DNA of 64,000 bases, taken from the NCBI RefSeq assembly GCF_030684315.1, contig NC_081371.1, positions 5,721,550 to 5,785,549 of the forward strand. The letters are read 5' to 3'. Positions 25,530-38,509 of this stretch are shown here, one piece after another. The DNA is from Stegostoma tigrinum. Taxonomy: Eukaryota. The notes under the pieces were generated by a model. It saw only the letters and a list, made by a program, of their open reading frames with translations, made no database searches and had not been told where the DNA came from. The position numbers were made by a program, and so were the translations under genes. How positions within the stretch are numbered: the first letter of the stretch is position 1; every line of letters begins with the position of its first letter.

Positions 25530-26215
25530 GACCATGAAGATATCAGAGTAGAATTAATCCATTTGGCCCATATGAGCCATTCCATCATGGTTGCTATGTT
25601 TCTCAACCCATTCTCTTATAGCCCTTTGATCCCCTTATTAATTAAGAAACTCTCTCTCTCTTAAATACACTTGATCTCTTGTCCTCCGTAGCCTCCTATG
25701 GCAATAAATTCTACAGATTTACCATGCTCTGGCTGAAGTAATTCATCCTCATCTCAGTTCTAAAGGATTGTCCCTTCACTTCGAGGCTGTGCCCTTGGAT
25801 TCTAGTCTCTCCTACTGTGAAAACATGTTCTCCACATCGACCCTATACAGGTCTGTAGTATTTTAAAGTTTCACTGGATCCGTCCTCTTCCTTCTAAACT
25901 CAATTAAGTAGAGACCCAGCGACCTCAACAGTTCTTCAATATATCAAACCCTCATCCGTGGGATCATTCTTGCAAACCTCCTCTGGACACCCTCAAACAC
26001 CAACACGTCCTTCCTTATATACTGGGCCCAAAATTTCCAAATGTTGTCTGACCAAGGCTCTATATAACCTCAGCAGTACATCTCTGCTCTTGTACTAAAG
26101 CCGTTTTGAAATGAATACTAACATAGATTTTGCCTTCCAACTGCCCACCAGCCTGCATATTAACATTGAGAATCCTGAACTAAGACTTAGACTCCTAAGT
26201 CCCTTTGTGCCTTTT
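25530..26215 (-). mobile_element. CR1 LINE 3' portion
   Basis: Homologous to 59365-60050 and to the reverse complement of 655-940. Confidence 0.8.
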
Positions 26216-26429
26216 ATAATACATCAATACTTTGTTATTCATTATTTGTTATTCAATGAGCAGGGACAAGAAGTGGAGGCTGAAGGAGTAGTGAAAACAA
26301 AGCAGAAGGAGGCCAGGACAGTTGCCACATTGAACATCCTACCATCAGGTTATATTGTTCTATTAGAAAAGTTAGATACTATGGTTCGCACACAAAGCAG
26401 AACAATGGCTTTTTTGTAAATTAACAGTG

Positions 26430-28480
26430 AAAGTCATATCAGAACTTGAGTAAAGCCAATTAAATTTATCTTACTTATCTTTGTAACTTTCTTGATAATT
26501 CAAACAAATTACACTCTTGACAAAGTATCAGCACCACATTGTTCACATGATAGGGAAATGTAAAGGCTAAGGCCATAATAACAAACCCCTCTGAAACAGC
26601 ATGGCATTTTGGTTTTAGATATTTCCCATAGAGGATGGGGGATTATAATCAGTTTACACCGATGTACCCATGATGGACATTAACTTCAAAATGTTTAAGA
26701 TCGAACATTAATTCCAATGTTTCCACCACAGAATATCCCTTTAGGAGTAGATTTAGTCAATAGAAAAATATCCTACTGGCCTCCCAACTTACCTTCTTAC
26801 AACAGGACTGTATCTAACCTCAAGTTACTAGCACTGATTGCTACTTTGAAGTGAAATTAAGAGCAAGTAACACCGCTTCATTGATCAAAATGGTTTTCTG
26901 CCTGTCAGGCACTGCTTGACACTGCTCTGACTATACGATGTTATCTCTCTTTACAGTCGGTTTGTCAGTGGGGCAGCAATAGTACTGAAGTTTATATTAA
27001 ACTGGCAATGTAAACCACAAATCTCCCAATACTTTATAATTCTTTGTTTCATTTTAGTGGTAGGAATTTCACCGAATCTTATGATTGGCTGTTCTTGACA
27101 GCTTCTTTCCTTGCATTACTGTCTATCCTAGGTAGGTTGTTTGTGCTTTTCTGAACTCATTTTTCAGGAGCTTTATTATTAAATCAGCTGACCACAATAT
27201 TTTAAAGATAGTATCTAACTGTTTCAAGTGCTTCTTCCAAGTGTTAGTGCATACTATCATTTCATCAGGGTAAACTACAGTATTTCCGGTTACTGTTTGA
27301 TTTGTCTCTAGAATACGGCCTGCCATTTTTTAGCTGAATGGCTTAACTAGACACTGGAAAAGACCAGCTGGGACTGACAGTGATTGACATCTCCCTGGCT
27401 CAAGATATTAAAGGAACTTTCAATTAACAAATCTATTCTGGTATGAAATATTCCACTACTGACTTTGTCAATACAATCTTCTAAAACGAGGAATTGGGTA
27501 GTAATTTGCCTTTTGCAATTGCATTTCTATAGCGAATGCAGAATCTCCGAGCCATCAGGCACGGGCAGGAAAATGACTGTGGAAACCAGCTACTTAAATT
27601 GCATTAAATTAGGTGATTTTTCAATATGTATTGGATTTCTCTTTTACTCAGGCAGTTAACTGGAGCTGGATAAGGATGCTGTTTCATTGCAGAGGTTATT
27701 CCTACATTCATATCGTATATGGCTAAATTTGTGGACACTAATTTGTTTCTAGAGATTCCTTTAAATTCTGAGAGTAACCATGTTAGGTGTCCTCATTGTT
27801 CTGCTTTGTGTGCGAACCATAGTATCTAACTTTTCTAATAGAACAATATAACCTGATGGTAGGATGTTCAATGTGGCAACTGTCCTGGCCTCCTTCTGCT
27901 TTGTTTTCACTACTCCTTCAGCCTCCACTTCTTGTCCCTGCTCATTCTCCTCCCAGCGATTCAGTCATGACACGGTTTGAAATGCCACAGCCAATTCCTT
28001 TCCAATCTGTGGTATCAATAAAAAAGTTACTTTACCGGTACTTTCAGCTACCTTATGTGGACCATGAACTATGTTTTCAATGGCATATCCTGTAAAGGAC
28101 TAACACATCATCTCCTGATTGAAATGATTTGGTACTGGTTATTTCTTTGATGTTGGTTCAAAAGTTCAAAGATGTTCCTGAGCCACTTTGCAGGCTTCTA
28201 AGAGCCACTCGAGAACACAAATACAAAATCTAATGTGGTGGAATAAATCCTCTAAGTTCTTTTTTAAATCTCTGATTAATTTCAGAAGACCTCATTTCAT
28301 ATCTATAAACAAACTGAATAAAAGAAATGAAACTGGTAGACCTCTCAGGTGAATCTCTAGCCCCTCATTCTAATAATGAGATTATTAATGCAATTACGTT
28401 CCGACCACAGTTTTGAGGATTTGATCGTTCCATTCTAAAGTCCATTGTATCGGTGAGTGATAACGCAAGGCATACAATTC
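26430..28480 (-). mobile_element. Decayed Gmr1-like Gypsy pol (integrase C-terminus, then RT, then RNase H)
   Basis: ORF 27123-27326 VVYPDEMIV..TWKKHL..L..ADLII...K.EF......YLG (RT); ADTLSR at ~26515-26535 (RNase H end); integrase GPY-type FQSGDDVLVL..GP near 28050-28130 lies upstream of RT. Confidence 0.7.
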
Positions 28481-28489
28481 ATAACATCT

Positions 28490-29800
28490 TCTCATCAACC
28501 TACTTTATCTGCATTGCTAGTGGGGTTAGGCAGGGTTTAAACAAAATTGGCAGGGGTTGTGAACCCATGCAAACAGTCAGAGAAGAGGAATCAAGGACAA
28601 GACCAAACAACACAAAGGGAACAAGAGAAGTGGTAGGCAGAGGAATCAAAGGGCAGAATCAAACAAGGCTACAGCAAAAAGAAAGTGGGAATGGGACAAG
28701 GAATGTTAAAAAGATAAGCATTAATATTTTGTGCCTGAACACACAGAGCATTCGAAATAAAGTGGATTAATTAATTGCAGAAAGAGATGTAAATCGGTAT
28801 GATATCATTGGGATTAGAGACTTGAATGTAGAGTGACAAGGGAAAGGAACTGAACATCCAGGAGTATTCAATATTTAGCAAGGATGGATCAAAAGGCAAA
28901 GGCAGTGAAGTTGCATTATTGGTAAAGTGGATATAAACACAATATTGAGGAAAGACATTAGCTCAAGCAATGTGGAATGTGTGTGCGAATTGAGAATTGA
29001 GAAATGCCAAGGGGCAAAAAACATGAGCGGAAGTGATATGTAAACTGTTGTGGTGATGTAGGGAATGGTATTAAGCAGGAATTCAGAGATGGATATGATA
29101 AAAGAACATCTGTAATTATGGGTGATGTTAATCTGGATAGAGGCTGGGGAAATCAAAATCATCGCAGTACTGTAGAGGAGGAATTCCTAGAACGGGATGA
29201 TTATCTAGACCAATACATTGAGAAACCAAGTACGGAATAGGCCATCTTAAATGGGGAATTACATAATCAGAAAGGAATAACTGAAAACAGCTGAGAGGCC
29301 CCGAACCCCTTTGGGGATGAGTAACAAAAATATGATCAATTCTTCATCAAGACAGACAGTGATGTAGTTGATTCTGACACTCAGGTCTGAATCTTAATAA
29401 GGGAAACCGGAATTGTCCGAGACAGGAACCGGCCATGCTGGACTGGGAAATGTTACTGAAAGGAACAACAGTGAATAGGCAATGGCAAACATTGAAAGAG
29501 TGAATCGGTGAACAGGAATTGTTTATTCCCATCTGGGACAAGAATGAAGAGAAGTGTGATGAAACCATGGCTTGCGAGGTAAGTTAGAGACAGTATTAGA
29601 TGCAAAAAAGAGGCATGCAAATTGACAAGAAAAATCAATAGGCCTGAGGACTGAAAACAGTTCAGAAGTCAGGAAAGGAGGTTCAAGGGATTGATTAAGA
29701 AGGGGAAAAGAGAGTACAAGAGTAAACATGTAGGGAATATAACTGATTAAATGTAAAGAGAAAATGACTGGTGAAAACTAAGAAAGGTCCCTCCTGTCAA
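28490..29800 (+). mobile_element. CR1 LINE fragment (ORF1 end and APE endonuclease)
   Basis: ILCLNTQSIRNKVD (APE domain start), followed by decayed YDIIGI, IMGDVN and tether-region sequence. Confidence 0.8.
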
Positions 29801-29869
29801 ACAATTCTTCTGCTTCATATAGAACATAGAACAATACAGTGCAGAACTTTGGATCATGATGAGAGGTAC

Positions 29870-32800
29870 CTCCCATCAGGTGATAGCAGCAACCGCAGCA
29901 AGCAGACCAGTGGCATCACAGCTAGCCCTGTATAGTGGAGAGGACAAAACATAGTACAGCAATAGTAACTGGAGATTCAATAGACAGGGGCAAGATAGGT
30001 GCTTCTGTGGCCATGACAGAGACTCTAGGATGGCATGTTGCCTCCCTTGCACCAGGGTCATGCATGCCTTTAAGCAGGTATTGGGCATCTTGAAATAGGA
30101 CGGTAAACAGTCAGAAGTCATTGTCCACACTACACAAATAACATGGGTAGCAAGAGTGACAAGTCCTGCAACAACAATTCAGGGAGTTAAGTAGTAAATG
30201 AAAAGTTAGGAACTCTAGAGTAGTAATCTTAGATTACTGCCCATGCAATGTGCTATTAAAACTAGTAACAGAGACGTAGTACAATTGAATGTGGTTAAAG
30301 AGCTCGTATGGGGGATTGGGAAGAACGGAAGGGCTTCGGATATGTGGGTCATTGGGATGTCTCCCAAGAAAGGTAGGATCTGTACAAGGAGGGTTGCACC
30401 TAAACTGGAGGGGCGCCATTATCCTGGCAAGGAGATTTGATAATGCTGCTCAAGAGGGTTTAAACTAGTGCGGCAGAGCGTGGGAACTGGAGCAGTAGGT
30501 AGCTAAGTATAGTGACAGCAGAAGACCTTGAGTCTAAGGCAAATATAGCTATGAGGAAGAGCAGTCAGGGAGAGATTGCTGAGTTCAACAGAACTGGAGG
30601 CTTGGACTGTATTTGCTTCAATGAACTTGGAGTCTGGATTAAGGCATGCAATTATGATGCTGTTACTATCACAACAGACATGGTTGAAATAGGGACAGGA
30701 CTGGCAGCTTAATGTTCTGGGATATCAATGTTTCAGATGAGTCAGAGCAGGAAGCAAGCAAGGTAAGAGCGTTGCATTACTGGTAAGGGAGCATATCAGA
30801 GCTGTGTTGAGGAAGGACATCCTGAAGGGATGAACACACTGAGGCATTATGGGTACTGCTCAGGAATAGGAACAGTGCAGTACACGTTAAGATTGTACTA
30901 CAGACATTCCAGTTACCTGCAGATCGATGAAGCGATGTGTAATCAGATCTTGGAAAGATGTGAAAATAACAGGGCTGTTGTGGTGGATGATTTTAACTTC
31001 TCCCATATTGACTGGGGCTGCCTCAGTGCCAGGGTTTGGTTGTGGAGCAATTTGCTGTCAGGTGTGTTCAGCAGGGATTTTTGAAACAATATGTGGGTAG
31101 TCCAACAAGGAAGGGACCAGGTATTGGGAAATGAGCCTGGCCAGGTGATCAAAGTTTCAGTGGGGTAACATTTTGGGAATATTGACCGTAATTACAAAAG
31201 TTTTCAGATTCTTCTGGCAAGAGTGGACCTTGGTTGAAGGCCAACTATAACCAAATTAAGTAAGAATTAGAGAATATGGAATGAAAGCAGCTGTTTAAAG
31301 GTAAATCCACATCTGACATGTGGAAGTCTTGTAAAGACCAATAGATTATTTGCAGGATTGGCACGTTCCTGTGAAAATGAAGGACAGAAATGGCAGGATT
31401 CGGAAACTTTGAATGACAGGGGAAATTATCAGCTTAGTCAAAATAAATCAAACCATACCCAAGGTCTAGAAAACTAAAAAACAGACCAAATCCTGGAAGA
31501 ATGTAGAGTAAGTTAGAAGGAGCTTAAACAAAGGGTTAAAAGGCACATTGAAATGTCCTTGGCCAGTAGGATTAAGGAGAAACCCAGGCATTTCATACAA
31601 TATATAAGGAGCAAGACAGTAGCTAGGGAACGAGTAGGCCCGTTCAAGGATAAAAGAGGGAGGTTGTGTATGCAGCCAGAGAAATGGGCGAGATCCTTAA
31701 TGAGTACCTTACATTGGTATTCACCAAAGACAGGGTTGTGAGGGTTGTTGATGTTAGAGGAAGGTGTGTGAATATTCTCGGTCAGGTCAACATCATGAAG
31801 GAGGAAGTGTTGGGTATCTTGAAATACATTAAGGTGCATAAGTCCCAGAGCCAGGTAGGATCTATCTGATTTTACTGTGGGAGGCAAGGGAGGAAACTAC
31901 TGGAGCCTCAAAAGATGTCTTTGTATCCTCTTTGGCCTCAGATGAGGTTCCAGAGGACTGGAGAGTAGCCAATGTCATTCCTTTGTTTAAGGGAAACAGA
32001 TAAGCGAGGTAATTACAGCCAGCGAGCCTGACATCAGTGGTGGGGAAGTTGGTGGTGAAGATACTGAGAGACAGGATTTATTCACATTTGGAAGTGAATG
32101 GACTTGTTAGTGATAGCAGCATGGGTTTGAGAGGGATAGTCATGCATCATCAACTTCATTCAGGAAGTGACAAGAATGATTGATGATGGAGCAGCAGTGG
32201 GTGTTGTCTACGTAGACTTTAGGAAGGCATTTGATAAGATACCTCGTGGCAGATTGGTACAAAAAGGTACAGTCTCATGGAATCCAGATCAGCTGGTTAG
32301 ATGGATACAAAACTGTTGTGCCATAGAAGACAAAGTAAGTGGAATGGCGCTTTGCAGAATGGAAATCACTAACTGACAGTGTTCTGCAGGGATCAGTGCT
32401 GGGACTTTTGTTGTTTGTAATATATGTATATATACTGAAAGTGTGGATAGTCTGTTTACTAAATTGTGGATTACTAAAATTGTGGACACTCACTGGATCA
32501 TCGGAGGTTGAGGGGCAATCTCACAGAGGTTTATAAAATCATGAGGGGCAAGAGTAGGGTAAATAGGGAAGGTCTTTTCCCCAGGGGTGGGGGTATCCAA
32601 ACCTAGAGGGCATAAGTTTAAGGTGAGATGAGAAAGATATAATAGGGGTCTAAAGGGTAACTTTTTCACGCAGACTAGTGCGTACATGGAATGAGCTAGA
32701 AGAAGTGGTGGAGGCTGGTACAATAACAACATTTAAGAGGCATCTGGATGGGTATATGAAGAGGAAAGGTTTAAGAGGGATATAGGCTACATTCTAGCAA

Positions 32801-32884
32801 ATGGGACTCGATTTATGTAGGATATCTGGTAGGCAGAGATGAGTTGGACCAAAAGGGTCTGTTTCCATGCCATATATCTCTAAC
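29870..32884 (+). mobile_element. Long decayed CR1 LINE (ORF1 SGNH-esterase part + ORF2 APE/RT + 3' UTR)
   Basis: ORF1 IVTGDSI..DR.FCGHDRDSRMACCLP; ORF2 VVVDDFNFSHIDW, IKEKPRHFIQYIRSK..RERVGP, VVYVDFRKAFDKIP, QGSVLGLLLFVIY. Confidence 0.9.
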
Positions 32885-32994
32885 TTTTAAGGCTATGAGC
32901 CATGTGCTGGAAAATGGGATTAGAACATAGGGTAATAAAATGTGAGGCTGGATGAACACAGCAGGCCAAGCAGCATCTCAGGAGCACAAAAGCT

Positions 32995-33022
32995 GACGTT
33001 TCGGGCCTAGACCCTTCATCAG
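32995..33022 (-). ncRNA. Minimal hammerhead ribozyme motif, left arm
   Basis: Minus strand CUGAUGA-A-GGGU(CUAG)GCCC-GAAAC-GUC. Confidence 0.72.
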
Positions 33023-34845
33023 AGAGGGGGATGGGGGGAGGGAACTGGAATAAATAGGGAGAGAGGGGGAGGCGGACCGAAGATGGAGAGTAAAGAAGAT
33101 AGGTGGAGAGAGTATAGGTGGGGAGGTAGGGAGGGGATAGGTCAGTCCAGGGAAGATGGACAGGTCAAGGAGGTGGGATGAGGTTAGTAGGTAGCTGGGG
33201 GTGCGGCTTGGGGTGGGAGGAAGGGATGGGTGAGAGGAAGAACCGGTTAGGGAGGCAGAGACAGGTTGGACTGGTTTTGGGATGCAGTGGGTGGGGGGGA
33301 AGAGCTGGGCTGGTTGTGTGGTGCAGTGGGGGGAGGGGATGAACTGGGCTGGTTTAGGGATGCAGTAGGGGAAGGGGAGATTTTGAAACTGGTGAAGTCC
33401 ACATTGATACCATATGGCTGCAGGGTTCCCAGGCGGAATATGAGTTGCTGTTCCTGCAACCTTCGGGTGGCATCATTGTGGCAGTGCGGGAGGCCCATGA
33501 TGGACATGTCATCAAGAGAATGGGAGGGGGAGTGGAAATGGTTTGCGACTGGGAGGTGCAGTTGTTTGTTGCGAACTGAGCGGAGGTGTTCTGCAAAGCG
33601 GTCCCCAAGCCTCCGCTTGGTTTCCCCAATGTAGAGGAAGCCGCACCGGGTACAGTGGATGCAGTATACCACATTGGCAGATGTGCAGGTGAACCTCTGC
33701 TTAATGTGGAATGTCATCTTGGGGCCTGGGATGGGGGTGAGGGAGGAGGTGTGGGGACAAGTGTAGCATTTCCTGCGGTTGCAGGGGAAGGTGCCGGGTG
33801 TGGTGGGGTTGGAGGGCAGTGTGGAGCAAACAAGGGAGTCACGGAGAGAGTGGTCTCTCCGGAAAGCAGACAGGGGAGGGGATGGAAAAATGTCTTGGGT
33901 GGTGGGGTTGGATTGTAAATGGCGGAGAAGCCTCCGACACTTCCGCCATTTACAATCCGACCCTACCACCCAAGACATTTTTCCATCCCCTCCCCTGTCT
34001 GCTTTCCGGAGAGACCACTCTCTCCGTGACTCCCTTGTTCGCTCCACACTGCCCTCCAACCCCACCACACCCGGCACCTTCCCCTGCAACCGCAGGAAAT
34101 GCTACACTTGTCCCCACACCTCCTCCCTCACCCCTATCCCAGGCCCCAAGATGACATTCCACATTCAGCAGAGGTTCACCTGCACATCTGCCAATGTGGT
34201 ATCCTGCATCCACTGTACCCGGTGCGGCTTCCTCTACATTGGGGAAACCAAGCGGAGGCTTGGGGACCGCTTTGCAGAACACCTCCGCTCAGTTCGCAAC
34301 AAACAACTGCACCTCCCAGTCGCAAACCATTTCCACTCCCCCTCCCATTCTCTTGATGACATGTCCATCATGGGCCTCCTGCATTGCCACAATGATGCCA
34401 CCCGAAGGCTGCAGGAACAGCAACTCATATTCCGCCTGGGAACCCTGCAGCCATATGGTATCAATGTGGACTTCACCAGTTTCAAAATCTCCCCTTCCCC
34501 TACTGCATCCCTAAACCAGCCCAGTTCATCCCCTCCCCCCACTGCACCACACAACCAGCCCAGCTCTTCCCCCCCACCCACTGCATCCCAAAACCAGTCC
34601 AACCTGTCTCTGCCTCCCTAACCGGTTCTTCCTCTCACCCATCCCTTCCTCCCACCCCAAGCCGCACCCCCAGCTACCTACTAACCTCATCCCACCTCCT
34701 TGACCTGTCCGTCTTCCCTGGACTGACCTATCCCCTCCCTACCTCCCCACCTACACTCTCTCCACCTATCTTCTTTACTCTCCATCTTCGGTCCGCCTCC
34801 CCCTCTCTCCCTATTTATTCCAGTTCCCTCCCCCCATCCCCCTCT

Positions 34846-34873
34846 CTGATGAAGGGTCTAGGCCCGAAACGTC
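34846..34873 (+). ncRNA. Minimal hammerhead ribozyme motif, right arm (predicted cleavage after C34873)
   Basis: CUGAUGA-A-GGGU(CUAG)GCCC-GAAAC-GUC; palindromic ACGU replaces stem III; stem I only ~2 bp (CU/AG). Confidence 0.72.
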
Positions 34874-37029
34874 AGCTTTTGTGCTCCTGAGATGCTGCTT
34901 GGCCTGCTGTGTTCATCCAGCCTCACATTTTATTATCTTGGAATCTCCAGCATCTGCAGTTCCCATTACCTCTGATACTATTAGAACATAGGCTGCTTTT
35001 TTTTTGACTTGTGCAGACTTAATGAGCTGAAAAGCCTTTCACTGTAAACCTCTATGACTTTGTTGTTCTGATGTTTTGATGTGCATGGTCAAGCCACTAA
35101 TCAGTGATTTGTGAAGTGTTGCAGGTGTAGGAGCTCGGGAATTACAATCTTGATTTATCCTCCAATCACTCTTTAAAAAAATACAAGTAAGTTTCACTCT
35201 GACCTAAAAGAATCCTTTAGAAACGGGTGAGATCAGCTGAGTGGCTTGTTCAAAGCATGCTTTGCCCCAACTCAGGTTGCTCGTAGCAGGCTTCCCTTGA
35301 ATTGGAAAAGATAAAAACAAAAATATCTCAAAGCCAATTGCTACTGAAAACAACTCAACAGGCTCTACAGCAAAGCAAGCAGTATCAATCATATAATTTC
35401 GAGGAAGGCTTGTTTAAAAACATCAGATATCCACAGTGTACATTTAATGGCTCTGTTTAAAGAAAGCACTCTAGGTAATTCCTTTGAATAAACTCTATTT
35501 TCCATAATCCTACAATCTCCAGCCCTCAAAAATATAATTCTCATCTGGGTTAGTGACAGTGCAGTATTTCAATATTTAAGCATTTCTATTCATGTTAATA
35601 TGATTAATAATTTTAACTTGGTCAGTTGCTGAATATGGAATAATAGCTATTTTAAAATAACAGTACTTCACTTAGGACCCTATTGTCATACTAAGCTTTG
35701 CAGCTGCAGTTTGGCTCACAGCCGACAATTCAGACTGAAGTATGTTGGTGAAAAGGAACTCAATGCACTTCGCCCAGTAGATAAACTTATTGATTTCACA
35801 GTCACACAGCTTATTCCACACCCCAGTATGAGTTCCCCTTTATATTTTTAAGTCACTTAATTAATCAATTAATCTCAGTCAGTAGCATAGTAACTGACAG
35901 GGCTATTACAATTATTATGCCACTCATAATACTTGTATAAATATGGTGCAATGAATTATTTAAAGCAGCAATTGCTGAAAGGGGCAGATAATTTGCACCT
36001 TACTCAGCATTTTAGTTAAAGTAAATATGATAAATTACTTTCAACTCGGTTAGTTGCATGAAAATGAAGCAATAGCAGTTTTAAAAACAGAGTACAGCAC
36101 TCGGCACCCTGTTTCCATCTTAATCTTTCAAGGGTACAGTTTTGCCTTGGGCTATTATAATTTTAATGCCAGTCAGGCTCTGTATAGTAACAATGATGAA
36201 TACACAGCCTGTTAAATCTCACCTTGTGGATGGTATATATATTCTGCAGCAGTATTATGCATCCACTTGACAATAATTAGGACTATTTAAATATTATATG
36301 ATTATTTCAAAAGTGCAGCTTCATTTGCTGGATACCAACACCCCATGTTATAGTCAACTTATGCTGTATTTTCATGCATATATATGCAGGAAGTAAAATG
36401 TCCAAAATTAAAAATGTGATAGTTGTAAGCATAGCCTAAAGGAATAGTGTTGATGTTGGGACATGAAAATGATGAGACAAGTCATTATAGCAGTTCCAAA
36501 GGTTTGAAATGAGAGAAGGACTAGAACATTGAAAAAGATCATCATTTCCCTCATGATTTTTAAAAAAAATTAAAATGGTATTGTACGTTTAGTATATATC
36601 AGATAAAAGTGTTTAATTTAGCAGGTGATAATGGGGTGAGGACACAGACTGGAAATGGAACAATATGGATAACATTAAAATTTTGAAAATAGTTTGAGAG
36701 AAGGATAAATTAATTTTTATTGGAATAAAGGAGCAACAGAAAAGATTCTGCTTCCTTTGCTATTGTTTGGGATTGTAATGTTGCAATAAACATTGCTGAA
36801 AAGAGTCATGCTGTCAAATCTTTTCAAAAGAATCACAAGAACACTAAATTTCAGAGTGTAGAACAGTTTGTACTACATGAAAAGAGTCACATTGGTTAGC
36901 AAGTGGACTCTTGATTGATCGCGTACTTGTCATGGAGAATGGATTTTATAATGTGCTAACTTCAGCCAGAAAAGCACACTACACTTAAAGAGAAGTGGGA
37001 GGATATTTAGAAAAATCAGAATTTACAAT

Positions 37030-38310
37030 CAAAATTAATGTGGTTTAACATATTTAGAGTTCTTTGAGAATGTAACAACCACTGTTGATAAAAGGGGAAC
37101 CAGTAAATAGAATGTACTCAGACTTTCAAAAGGGGTTTTATATGGTGCCACCATACAGATTACTACTTAAAATAGGAGCCTACATGTTGTGGTGTTATAT
37201 CACCTTGTATTAGACTTTGTATTGGTTAATTAACAAGAAATTGAAAGTTGGGATAAATTATCAGATTAACAAACCCTAATTAGTGCAGTGTTGCAAGAGA
37301 TCAGGCCAGGGCCTCAATGATTGTATTGAACAGTTGTATCATGAACTCGTTTGGCTAGCCAAATGTTAGTCAGCACAGTTGGGGGCGGACACATTGAAAA
37401 CCCCACTCTAGCACATTCTGAAGGAACGTCACAGGAAACTGAAATTTCTGCTGGGCAATTCCTCTATGCTTTTCAGGGCTCTGACCTGATAACCGTTCAG
37501 ATCCTCTCCCACTTCCTTCTCCATCCATGTCTGCTCCGCAATCAACCTGAACCACCTGGTTTGGTCACTGGATTCAATGTCTCCCGCCACTAGAACCAAC
37601 CTAATTTCTTCTACCCCCATTGGGCCTGACACCCTACCACAAATACTTATCAATGTTAAACCCTTCTACTCCTCACCATGGCCTACAAAGAATTTGCCTC
37701 ATAGGTAAAGTCACAAGCAAAGTATTCATTTAATACCTCAGCAATCTCCAACTCCTCCTTTTAACACCTTCTTACTATTAATGTGCATACAGATGACTTA
37801 GGGATTTCCTTTTGCGTTACTTGCCAATCTTCTTTCATTGTTCAGCTCTACTTCTTGTATTAGTTTTTTTTGCTGGCGAACAAGATAGGCTTTCTTTTTG
37901 ACAACTGACAATATTTTCATGGTCACTATTACTGAGTTTAGATTTCAACTCCACTTATATCAATGGAATTCAAATTCCATCAACTGCAATAGTGAGATCT
38001 GAATGTAAGCTCACAGAACACAAGCATGATGCTTGCAATGGCTAGTGGATGACATTACCACCCTAACCTTAACCAGTGGATATTATGGGAAGACATTCTC
38101 ATCAGAGTTAAGAAAGTGGATGTAACAATGGCCGAATGATAGGACACAAAGTAATGATCAACTGTTTTTTTGGGCTGAAAGCGAGTTTGTAGTGGAGGCC
38201 CCCAGGGATTGGTATTAGGATCCCTACTGTTTTGATTTATAAGTGATCTTTATATTTGTGTGTAGGAGACAATTTCAGAATTTGAGGGCAGCACAAAACT
38301 TGAAAGGACT
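37030..38310. mobile_element. Patchwork of decayed CR1 fragments (both orientations) and a SacSINE1-like piece (~37870-38065)
   Basis: YSDFQKGF..VP RT motif on + (~37110-37150); minus-strand endonuclease-region sequence ~37470-37860; GGPQGLVLGSLLFLIY on + (~38195-38245). Confidence 0.6.
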
Positions 38311-38420
38311 GCAATGGATGTACTTCACTGAACTTTTAAGACAACATCTGATATTCTGCTCACTTTCCACATTTGCATTAGACCTTGCAGTAAAAGATAA
38401 GCAAATATCTTTAGACAGAC

Positions 38421-38509
38421 AAGGGTCTCGGCCCGAAACGTCAGCTTTCCTGCTCCTATGATGCTGCTTGGCCTGCTGTGTTCATCCAGCTCTACACCTT
38501 GTTATCTCA
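38421..38509 (+). mobile_element. Solo PLE 3'-end fragment (family A) truncated inside the hammerhead
   Basis: AAGGGTCTCGGCCCGAAACGTCAGCTTT..GATGCTGCTTGGCCTGCTGTGTTCATCCAGC; lacks the CTGATG box. Confidence 0.85.

Larger units (their letters stand above)
32932..34979. mobile_element. Young PLE (Neptune-type, family A) insertion forming a 2-kb near-perfect palindrome; GIY-YIG endonuclease region on both strands, no RT
   Basis: Arms 32933-33926 / 33942-34935 (994 bp each), 15-nt spacer, 44-nt tail on right arm only. Perfect 13-bp TSD ATTAGAACATAGG (32919-32931 / 34980-34992). Open frame with linker Cys motif PCNRRKCYTC and NVVYCIHCTRCGFLYIGETKRRLGDRFAEH. Confidence 0.96.
32885..35060 (+). mobile_element. 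Short CR1-type 3' UTR fragment split by the 2-kb PLE palindrome
   Basis: GCTGGAAAATGGGATTAGAACATAGG...GTGCAGACTTAATGAGCTGAAAAGCC..CTCTATGACT reads continuously when 32932-34992 is removed. Confidence 0.65.

Noticed and set aside
33247-34621. Two mirror-image 280-aa ORFs suggesting a novel bidirectional gene pair
   Set aside because: Consequence of the palindrome: each starts at a non-ATG codon in the antisense arm and reads across the junction into the PLE endonuclease frame; no RT and no promoter.
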